From the IMG/VR virus record IMGVR_UViG_3300037189_006336, positions 53,101 to 73,100 of that record: 20,000 bases of DNA. One strand, given 5' to 3'. Within the stretch, counting starts at the first letter, position 1. Every line of letters starts with the position of its first letter. Shown here in pieces: positions 9,001 through 16,427 of this stretch. Position numbers and translations under genes: made by a program. This stretch comes from an uncultured virus (IMG/VR IMGVR_UViG_3300037189_006336). Taxonomy: Duplodnaviria; Heunggongvirae; Uroviricota; Caudoviricetes. The notes beneath the pieces were generated by a model. The model ran no database searches. It was given only the letters and a program-made list of their open reading frames with translations, and was not told where the DNA came from.

Positions 9001-9439
9001 ATTTTTTTAATTTTAATCTATATATAGTGTTTATTTTATCAAATAAAAGTTTAAAATCTGGATCGGTTTCTATAAAATCATTAAAGCTTTGTAAAGCGTG
9101 TACTACAGATGTATGATCTCTATTTAAAAATACAGCTATCTCTTTAAGAGTATATTTCATAGTTCTAGCTAAGAAACAAAAAATAACTCGTAACTCTACT
9201 AGTTTTCTTATTTTAGATTTATTACTTAAAGTAACTTTTACTCGAGGAATTTTAGGAAGAAAATCTTTAAATATATCACTTAATTCTTCTAAAGATATAA
9301 CTATATTTTTATGATATACATCTAAAGTATATTTACTAAATATAACGGGATAATATCCCATTTTTTCATAAAAATCATCTTTAAATTTTTCTATAAGTTT
9401 TGTCTCAAGTTTACATTCATAATCATCTATAACGTGCAT
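8861..9439 (-). CDS. DnaA C-terminal (domain IV) DNA-binding domain protein
   Basis: RVIFCFLAR...YTLKEIAVFLNRDHTSVVHAL matches the DnaA domain IV signature (SLxEIGxxFxRDHTTVxHA). No AAA+ domain. Confidence 0.8.
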   Translation of the reverse strand: MHVIDDYECKLETKLIEKFKDDFYEKMGYYPVIFSKYTLDVYHKNIVISLEELSDIFKDFLPKIPRVKVTLSNKSKIRKLVELRVIFCFLARTMKYTLKEIAVFLNRDHTSVVHALQSFNDFIETDPDFKLLFDKINTIYRLKLKKYESSDMDKFDQISVEPEPTVLLRLLQIQDKTFANNRRNRRIQNSKK

Positions 9440-9522
9440 AGGCTAAATATTTATTTTTTTAAATGTTTTTAACAAAAAAGATGTATATTATATTGTACAT
9501 TAAATACAAAACTTTATATACT

Positions 9523-10110
9523 ATGAGTCAATTATTCTATGCCCAAAAAGATAATCTTGGTTTTCCTATTCCAGGTACCATGATGTCAACTTCTTTAGCA
9601 TCTATTCCTAAGAATACATATGCTATAACTACTTCACCAGCTATATATCAAAGAGAATTAATTCACGAAGGTGGATTAAGATATTTTGTTCGTAAAAAAA
9701 CTAATGGTAATATTATAGCAAACAGTTTGTTTATTAATACAAAACAACCATCGGGTTTTGTTTATGAACTAAAAACTTTTAAAAATATACCTACTACTAT
9801 ACAAGGGTTTAACTATGTTGTTGGTAGCGGTCCTAGTGTTGTTGTTACACAACCTATTGCATTATATAATATAGTTTCAGGTCAAACTGTTACAATATCA
9901 CATTCTTCAACTAATTTTCAGATATCTTTAGATGGTAGTACATATACAACATCTAGTGTAACAGCTACAACAGATGGATCTAATCCTTACAATATCACTT
10001 TGTATATTAGGCTTAAGTCTGGTTTATCTGCAGCTACTTATACAGAAACTGTTACAATTAGTGTATCAGGTGTTTCAACTACATTTACAGTGAGTGGTAT
10101 AGTTTCTTAA
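9523..10110 (+). CDS. Putative virion-associated protein with C-terminal Ig-like domain
   Basis: Likely ATG at 9523. Internal repeat in the N-terminal half; Thr/Ser/Val-rich beta-sandwich-like C-terminal half. Confidence 0.65.
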   Translation: MSQLFYAQKDNLGFPIPGTMMSTSLASIPKNTYAITTSPAIYQRELIHEGGLRYFVRKKTNGNIIANSLFINTKQPSGFVYELKTFKNIPTTIQGFNYVVGSGPSVVVTQPIALYNIVSGQTVTISHSSTNFQISLDGSTYTTSSVTATTDGSNPYNITLYIRLKSGLSAATYTETVTISVSGVSTTFTVSGIVS

Positions 10111-10128
10111 CTTTTAATATATTCTACG

Positions 10129-10491
10129 ATGCCCGCATCAACACATTTAGCTGATAAAGTAAAAATATGGCTTTTCCCATCTCTAATGGGAATACTTGGT
10201 ATGTTAATTTGGAATGATCTCCAAACAATTAAGACAAATCTAGCTAATGCATTGATACAAACAACTACGGATAAAGCAAATATAGAGAATCTTAATAATC
10301 GAGTAAACAGATTGGAAAATTTTGTTTATAAAACATCACCTGTTCAAGATATTATTAGTGATTCTAATAAACAAAAACAAACCTCCGTACCAACATCTAA
10401 TGATACACTACCTACTTTTCAAAAAATAGTAGCTATAAAACCCGATGAAAGGGACATAATAGCTAAAATAATTCCTAAAAAAACTTTATAA
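10129..10491 (+). CDS. Single-TM membrane protein with coiled coil (holin/antiholin candidate)
   Basis: IWLFPSLMGILGMLIW hydrophobic segment followed by heptad-like LQTIKTNL...LNNRVNRLE. Confidence 0.6.
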   Translation: MPASTHLADKVKIWLFPSLMGILGMLIWNDLQTIKTNLANALIQTTTDKANIENLNNRVNRLENFVYKTSPVQDIISDSNKQKQTSVPTSNDTLPTFQKIVAIKPDERDIIAKIIPKKTL

Positions 10492-10493
10492 CT

Positions 10494-11027
10494 ATGACCA
10501 GAGGATTATTTGAGTCAATTGATTGGCTTACAAAAAAAGTTAATATTTTTTTAGCATTAGTTCCATTTCCATCTTTCGGATCTTTTGAAGATTCTACTAC
10601 ACAATCAAATGCTGGTGTTACTTCTGTAAATATAGTTACATTTAGTAGTACATCACAATCTAATGGTGTATCTATTGTATCAAGTTCAAAAATAACTTAC
10701 GCTAATTCTGGAAACTATCTTATTAATTTTCTTGGACAGTTTTTCTTTAGCGGTGGTGCATCAAACTATAACATTACTGTTTGGTTAAGAAAAAATGGAG
10801 TAGATTTATTAGACTCTTCTTATACATTTACTACTACAAGTGCTCAAGGTGCTCAAACATTAGCTAATTTAGAAGATATTATTACAGTAAAAGCTGGTGA
10901 TTATATCGAAGTGTGTTGGTGGGCCGGTGCTTCAGGTATAACACTTAGTCCAACTACTGTTGCATCAAATCCAACAAGACCAGCGTCACCAAGTGCTAAT
11001 ATAAATACTTGGAAATTAGGAAACTAA
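10494..11027 (+). CDS. C1q/TNF-like jelly-roll domain protein (fibre or decoration type)
   Basis: ITYANSGNYLINFLGQ, VWLRKNG and VKAGDYIEVCW resemble C1q/BclA-C-like beta-sandwich motifs. Confidence 0.6.
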   Translation: MTRGLFESIDWLTKKVNIFLALVPFPSFGSFEDSTTQSNAGVTSVNIVTFSSTSQSNGVSIVSSSKITYANSGNYLINFLGQFFFSGGASNYNITVWLRKNGVDLLDSSYTFTTTSAQGAQTLANLEDIITVKAGDYIEVCWWAGASGITLSPTTVASNPTRPASPSANINTWKLGN

Positions 11028-11043
11028 CTAAAAACTTTATAAT

Positions 11044-11250
11044 ATGAAATTCGGAATAGAACAGTACAATAATCCCACTCCAAAAAAAATAGTTAAACTA
11101 GCTAATTCTATTATTACAGCTTGTACTTTTGCTGGAGCATCTGCTTCATTAAACAATCAACCAGTTATAGGAACAGTGATATTTGTCGTAGGTTATTTAG
11201 CTAAAATTGTTTCTGAATATTTTGGTGAAGAAATCTCTATACAACAATAA
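11044..11250 (+). CDS. Putative two-TM holin
   Basis: 68 aa, N-terminal PTPK motif and two hydrophobic segments, inside the lysis island. Confidence 0.6.
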   Translation: MKFGIEQYNNPTPKKIVKLANSIITACTFAGASASLNNQPVIGTVIFVVGYLAKIVSEYFGEEISIQQ

Positions 11251-11252
11251 GT

Positions 11253-11873
11253 ATGAATAAGTTACCTTACATTGTTATAATTATATTATTAGTTGTTATA
11301 TTTTTACAAAGAACTGGTTGTAAAAACTCAAATCCTTGTACTATAGACACAATGCTAGTAAAACATGATACAACATATATATCTATTCATGATACTGTCA
11401 AAGGTGCATCTATATTTATTTCAGGTAAAGTAGATACATTATGGAAACATGATTCATTTTATGAACCAAGTAATAACTACGATACTCTATTAAAACAATA
11501 TGATGATTTAGTAAACAAATACTTTACAACTAAATTATACAAAACTAGATTTCCAATAAAAAACTATGGATATGTAGATGTATATGATAGTGTATTATGT
11601 AACTCTTTAAAATCATCTAAACTTATAAATAACTTATTGATTCCTGAAACTCATGATACTGTTAGATTGATTCATATTCAACATGATGAACCTAAACGAC
11701 AGTTATACATTGGCGGTAGTGTATTCTTTCAAAATGATATAGATCCACTTACAGGAATACAAATAGGTTTACTTTATAAAGATAAAAAAGATAGAATATT
11801 TACTATTAGTACTATATATGATGGTGGATTCTCTTACGGAGCCGGTTGTTACTGGAAAATAAAACTAAAATAA
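11253..11873 (+). CDS. Spanin-like envelope protein
   Basis: N-terminal hydrophobic segment followed by RTGC, repeated HDT motifs, and C-terminal amphipathic beta-strands ending YWKIKLK. Upstream of the endolysin. Confidence 0.55.
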   Translation: MNKLPYIVIIILLVVIFLQRTGCKNSNPCTIDTMLVKHDTTYISIHDTVKGASIFISGKVDTLWKHDSFYEPSNNYDTLLKQYDDLVNKYFTTKLYKTRFPIKNYGYVDVYDSVLCNSLKSSKLINNLLIPETHDTVRLIHIQHDEPKRQLYIGGSVFFQNDIDPLTGIQIGLLYKDKKDRIFTISTIYDGGFSYGAGCYWKIKLK

Positions 11874-12289
11874 TGAACTGGAAAAACTTTGGAATAACAT
11901 TAGCTGATAATGTAGCTTCTTTTGTAGGAAGCTGGAAGTTTATCATTTGGCAAACAATCATCCTAGTTATATGGGGTACAGTAAATGTTGTTCACTTTAC
12001 AAACTTTGATCCTTATCCTTTCATATTAATGAATCTTCTTCTTTCTTCTCAAGCTGCTTACGCTACACCTATGATTCTTATGTCTTCTAATAGACAAGCT
12101 ATTAAAGATCGAGAGGAACTTCTTAAAGATCTAAAAGTAGATCAAGAATCTAATGAGATGTTAAAGAGTATATTCACACTACTTAAGAAAGTAGAAGAGG
12201 ATATCGCTTTAGATAAACAATCTATAAAAGAACACGCTGAAATATTATCAGAGATTAAGAAAATTAAAAAAACTAAAAACAATGGCTAA
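11873..12289 (+). CDS. DUF1003 family membrane protein
   Basis: LADNVASFVGSWKFI...FDPYPFILMNLLLSSQAAYATPMILMSSNRQ is the DUF1003 signature. ATG overlaps the upstream stop (TAATG). Confidence 0.9.
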   Translation: MNWKNFGITLADNVASFVGSWKFIIWQTIILVIWGTVNVVHFTNFDPYPFILMNLLLSSQAAYATPMILMSSNRQAIKDREELLKDLKVDQESNEMLKSIFTLLKKVEEDIALDKQSIKEHAEILSEIKKIKKTKNNG

Positions 12290-12818
12290 GTTTGATCTTT
12301 ACTTCCCTAAAGAAGTAGCTTTTGAAGGTGATAAATATGAGAATGTTTTAAATGACAACGGTGGTTGTACTCGTTGGGGTCTAACGCTCGATGATCTAAA
12401 AGAATACAAACTAGACACTGATCACAATGGAATATTCGATTGTAATGATGTAAAAAATCTTTCAAGAGAGCAAGCTTACAAAGTACTTAAAAAACTATAT
12501 TGGGATTATTTTAAAGCTGATGATATTCCTCATCAAGCTTTAGCTGAGTTTATTGTAGACGCAGGATTAAATCAAGGACGTGTTCTTATAGTTAAGTACT
12601 TACAAAATTTATTAGGTGTAACAGTAGATGGACATTTTGGTCCTATATCATTTAAAATTCTATTAGATAGGATTAAGATTGATAGTGGTAAAGGATTGTT
12701 TAATGAACTATATCAAAAAAGATTTGATAGATATAAAGCTATTGTAGTTAATAATCCATCACAGAACAAATTTTTCAAGGGCTGGATAAATAGATTAAAT
12801 GGAATTAAATACTCTTAA
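12282..12818 (+). CDS. Endolysin, glycoside hydrolase family 108 with C-terminal PG_binding_3 domain
   Basis: FEG...DNGGCTRWGLT, YWD, DAGLNQG, LQNLLGVTVDGHFGP and NPSQNKFFKGWINR. Confidence 0.9.
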   Translation: MAKFDLYFPKEVAFEGDKYENVLNDNGGCTRWGLTLDDLKEYKLDTDHNGIFDCNDVKNLSREQAYKVLKKLYWDYFKADDIPHQALAEFIVDAGLNQGRVLIVKYLQNLLGVTVDGHFGPISFKILLDRIKIDSGKGLFNELYQKRFDRYKAIVVNNPSQNKFFKGWINRLNGIKYS

Positions 12819-12820
12819 AT

Positions 12821-12940
12821 ATGGCTAAAACAACAACTGGTGCTAATAAGATTACTTTTGGAGCGCGTAAAGGTGGTAAATCCAAAAAGTCTTCAGGACC
12901 AAAAGACAAAAAAGTGTCTAAATATGTAGGACAAGGATAA
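12821..12940 (+). CDS. 39-aa lysine/glycine-rich basic peptide
   Basis: Manual translation MAKTTTGANKITFGARKGGKSKKSSGPKDKKVSKYVGQG*. Fills the gap between the endolysin stop and the terminator; below the ORF-track cutoff. Confidence 0.75.
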   Translation: MAKTTTGANKITFGARKGGKSKKSSGPKDKKVSKYVGQG

Positions 12941-12944
12941 TAAG

Positions 12945-12974
12945 AAAAGGAGCTAAGTTAATAGCTCCTTTTTT
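12945..12974. terminator. Bidirectional intrinsic terminator between convergent operons
   Basis: AAAAGGAGCTA-AGTTAA-TAGCTCCTTTT with A- and T-runs on either side. Confidence 0.9.
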
Positions 12975-12975
12975 G

Positions 12976-14517
12976 TTATCTTATAACTCCACCTTTACTA
13001 TTAATATTATAAATCTTTTTACCATCAAACATAACAGCTTGATTTTTTTGTACATATTTTTCTATAATATCACTCCTAAAGTGATTAAATCTACAACCTT
13101 CAACACCTACAAAGAAAGCTTTTTCTGAATAATAATTACAATTATCTTCAGCATCTGTTATGATGATAGCATTATCATCATTAGACATAATGTGATCTAA
13201 CACTTTGTTAATATTTGTACCACCATGTAGTCCTATAGACGCAATACTAAAAACATTTGGATTTATTTTTTTTACACTGTCATTAAAAACATATATATCT
13301 TTTAATAAATCCATTTGTTGTAATTTGAAAGCAAAAGCTTTACAAAAATCCAACTTGTCAATATTATTACCATTGACATCAGTAACACCACAAGTACCAG
13401 ACATAGATCCAGAAATATCAATATAAATACTAATTTTCCCTATTTTGTTAACCTCTTTGATCTGAACATCTTCGATCATAAACTTTCTTAACATAGGATG
13501 TAAAAGCATATAATCTTCTATACCAGCTACATTATCAGTGTTAAATATATCTTCATACTTAACTTCATCTCTAGATGAAAAATAATTTTTAGATCTATCC
13601 ATGAGTTTTTTAATAGCTTCTTTAAGACTACCCATAGAAAGTCCTATTTTAGCTAAATGTTCTCCTACTTTTTTTAATTCTCCTAGATCAAGTTTTGCGG
13701 CTCCTGATGCTTTGTCAGAATTATTATATAAATCTTCTTGAGTTGGTTCATCCATGATTTCATCTAAAGACTTACAAAGATTTTGAGCGTCTTGTATAGT
13801 TTTATCCATCTGGTCTTTAGATTGTTTATCATCAAACATTTTTTTCATCAGATTTTCCATACCGTCATTATCTCCACTTCCTTTAAGTGAATCCATCATT
13901 TTATCATGTTCATTTGGATCAGTATATTCTAATAAAGTCATTCTAGATATAAAATATTGTAAAACATTTCTTGTGAAAATAGAACTTTTCAGATTACTTG
14001 TTTCAGACATGATTTTACCAACTGGATTATTGGCTTTTTCTATAAATTTATACTGACTATAATTCTTATCAGTACGTTCTTCAAAATTTATACTACTTAT
14101 TTTGTGGTAATACATTTTAAAGATGTCGTTTTTAAGATGTTTCGGAAACTTTCTATAGTTTTCTTTCATCTTTTTACTAAATGCGTCAAAGTCAGGTTTA
14201 GAATCATTACCTGATAAAGCTTTGTAAGACGATGATTTTTGTATACTTTCAAACACGTCTTTCATACTTTTTGGATCATCTAAAAATTTAGAACAGATAT
14301 TATCTAATCTGTCTTCATCTATATAATGCATATATGGTTTAATAAGATCGTTCTTTTTATAAAAACTTACTTTATCAAATAAACCACCTCCAGTCTTGTA
14401 GTGAGAAGTTATCTCACCTTTCTTTACTTTTTCTAAAATTGTATAAGGGTTTTTTAAATCCTTTACATTATTAGTTGTTATTCTTTCTCCTGTTGAGAGA
14501 CTTCTTAAATTAGCCAT
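12976..14517 (-). CDS. VWA-domain protein (ViaA-like partner of MoxR ATPase)
   Basis: C-terminal MIDAS elements YIDISGSM, GGTNI and ITDAED; long helical N-terminal region; adjacent to the MoxR ATPase. Confidence 0.85.
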   Translation of the reverse strand: MANLRSLSTGERITTNNVKDLKNPYTILEKVKKGEITSHYKTGGGLFDKVSFYKKNDLIKPYMHYIDEDRLDNICSKFLDDPKSMKDVFESIQKSSSYKALSGNDSKPDFDAFSKKMKENYRKFPKHLKNDIFKMYYHKISSINFEERTDKNYSQYKFIEKANNPVGKIMSETSNLKSSIFTRNVLQYFISRMTLLEYTDPNEHDKMMDSLKGSGDNDGMENLMKKMFDDKQSKDQMDKTIQDAQNLCKSLDEIMDEPTQEDLYNNSDKASGAAKLDLGELKKVGEHLAKIGLSMGSLKEAIKKLMDRSKNYFSSRDEVKYEDIFNTDNVAGIEDYMLLHPMLRKFMIEDVQIKEVNKIGKISIYIDISGSMSGTCGVTDVNGNNIDKLDFCKAFAFKLQQMDLLKDIYVFNDSVKKINPNVFSIASIGLHGGTNINKVLDHIMSNDDNAIIITDAEDNCNYYSEKAFFVGVEGCRFNHFRSDIIEKYVQKNQAVMFDGKKIYNINSKGGVIR

Positions 14518-14532
14518 ATGTAAATTTGAAAT

Positions 14533-14564
14533 AAAATAAAAAGAGAGGGAAAAATCCCTCTCTT
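14533..14564 (-). terminator. Hairpin/terminator between the AAA+ and VWA genes
   Basis: Perfect 10-bp stem AAGAGAGGGA-N4-TCCCTCTCTT (14541-14564) followed on the minus strand by TTTATTTT. Confidence 0.8.
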
Positions 14565-14577
14565 AATTATCGTTATG

Positions 14578-16017
14578 TTAGAATGGGTATTCTACTTCAG
14601 CTACCTTTATAGCTTCTCCATTAGACATATCACTAGCTAATTCACCCATCATTTCGTCAAAAGATTCTGTAGAATCTTTACGAGCTGGGTGAGAAGATAA
14701 GATAAAATCAATAGCTGTTTCTATCTCGTTTACTTGTATTTCATCCATTATACCACGAGTAGTATATGCATTAATACCAGCTTCTATCTCAGCGATAGCC
14801 AACTCAAGTTGTTCTGTTGTAGTATAAGATGCTAACATTTCTACTTTGCTCATAATAGCTTTTACTTCAGGAGACATCAATTTATTTTGAAGTTCTGAAC
14901 CAGCTGATTGAGAAATCATAATTTGAGCTGTCTTTACAAGAGCTTTATCTACACTGATATTCCAAATAAAAGATATAGCTTTAGCTAATCCAGGAACAAA
15001 AGTTAAAGTTCTATCAGAACTGTGTTGATAACCAACTTCTAAATACTTTTCAAGTTTTTTAGTTGGTACATCTACTGTTGATATTTCTGTTTTATCAGGA
15101 ACAGAAATCTTTATTTTCTCACGGTAGTTACGCGCACCCTTATCAAAATATTTAACTAATTCACCAGCAGATACACGGTTTACTGTCATTTTTAACATAA
15201 ACCTATCCCAAAAAGGACTACCTACTTCTTCTTTTGGTATTTCATTACAAGTAGCTACAAATAGTTTCCATTTACAAGGAATCTTGTGTTTACCGTTAAA
15301 TAAAAACTTCTCGTTCATTACACCCAACATTGCGTTACGGATAGCTGAAGAAGCTTTATCCACCTCATTAATCACTACTATTTCCGCGTCAGCAATAGGA
15401 GTGTTTAAGGTATACTGATTAGAAGTAAATAATTTACCTAAATCAGGTATTCCTTTAATTTCTGATGACTTAGTCCCTTCGTCAGTTTCTAAGATATAAA
15501 TCTTGTTCGCAAAGTCTTCAGCGGTCATATTACCGTCTTTATTTAACCAAGCTTTCGCATATTCTATTATTGTTTTTGTTTTAGCAGTTCCAGGTGCACC
15601 CACTAATAATAATGGCATTCCAGTAGATTCAGCTAAAGCTAACATCTTAAATACTTCTTCTTTATTAATCAAAGAACTGTCAATAACTCTTACTTCTTTT
15701 GCTGTTACTTTACTGGTTGATTTACCTTTTCCTAAGCTTGTAGCCATTTTTCTTAAATTTTTTTGTTTAATAATTTTTTCAACATTGAGATTTCTCCCCA
15801 CTAATTTGAATGATTCTTCTCTAATTACACCACTTGTAGCTCTAGTAGTTTTTTCTATATCTACGTATAATTTGTCTTGATCTACTAAAGTGTAATTATA
15901 TATTGGGTGGACTTGAAATACATCTTTAATAACAAAAAACTTTCCAACTAAACAAGGATTACACCCCCACCCAGCTTCTACAACTTCTACTAAATCACCT
16001 GGTTTAAACTTATTCAT
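14578..16017 (-). CDS. MoxR/RavA-like AAA+ ATPase with N-terminal extension (alternative start at 15747)
   Basis: Walker A GAPGTAKT, Walker B variant VVINEVDKA, RNAMLGVMNE, sensor I ATCNE and FWDRF arginine finger. Confidence 0.85.
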   Translation of the reverse strand: MNKFKPGDLVEVVEAGWGCNPCLVGKFFVIKDVFQVHPIYNYTLVDQDKLYVDIEKTTRATSGVIREESFKLVGRNLNVEKIIKQKNLRKMATSLGKGKSTSKVTAKEVRVIDSSLINKEEVFKMLALAESTGMPLLLVGAPGTAKTKTIIEYAKAWLNKDGNMTAEDFANKIYILETDEGTKSSEIKGIPDLGKLFTSNQYTLNTPIADAEIVVINEVDKASSAIRNAMLGVMNEKFLFNGKHKIPCKWKLFVATCNEIPKEEVGSPFWDRFMLKMTVNRVSAGELVKYFDKGARNYREKIKISVPDKTEISTVDVPTKKLEKYLEVGYQHSSDRTLTFVPGLAKAISFIWNISVDKALVKTAQIMISQSAGSELQNKLMSPEVKAIMSKVEMLASYTTTEQLELAIAEIEAGINAYTTRGIMDEIQVNEIETAIDFILSSHPARKDSTESFDEMMGELASDMSNGEAIKVAEVEYPF

Positions 16018-16018
16018 A

Positions 16019-16408
16019 TTATAAGTTAGCAAACGCATCAGCTCCAGATTTCTCTTCTTCTGATACAGAAACAACTAGTTCAGGAACCGTTATTCTATCT
16101 ATTCCACTAAAATCTATTCCACTAAAACCTGTAAGAGCAGCCATTATTGGTTTTGTTTCTTTTTCTTGTACAGGAACTGGTTCTACTACTTTAGTGTCAT
16201 CCACTATTACAAAAATCTTATTAATTGTTTGAAGATTTACTAAGGCTGGATGTTTTTTGATTGTCATAATTTGACTATCCAAGGCTTCATACTTTTCTTG
16301 AATTGAGCCATAACCCATGTCATCTCTCTTTAACCAAGTTAAACCACTACCAAGATCTGCTTGGATACTACTTACTGTTAACTGTACTTTCGGCAACTGT
16401 TTGTTCAT
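16019..16408 (-). CDS. Hypothetical phage protein
   Basis: 129-aa ORF with low-complexity C-terminus ending ADAFANL. Confidence 0.8.
   Translation of the reverse strand: MNKQLPKVQLTVSSIQADLGSGLTWLKRDDMGYGSIQEKYEALDSQIMTIKKHPALVNLQTINKIFVIVDDTKVVEPVPVQEKETKPIMAALTGFSGIDFSGIDRITVPELVVSVSEEEKSGADAFANL
16098..16127. repeat. 15-bp perfect tandem duplication inside a CDS
   Basis: TCTATTCCACTAAAA twice, encoding FSGID-FSGID. Confidence 0.9.
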
Positions 16409-16427
16409 ATTTGCTTATTTTAAATGT

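Noticed and set aside
14521..14528. TAAATTTG on the plus strand, matching the -7 promoter element
   Set aside because: No properly spaced -33 TTTG and no downstream sense gene; likely chance in AT-rich DNA.
13205..15880. Plus-strand ORFs 13205..13426 and 15503..15880
   Set aside because: Antisense to the VWA and AAA+ genes.
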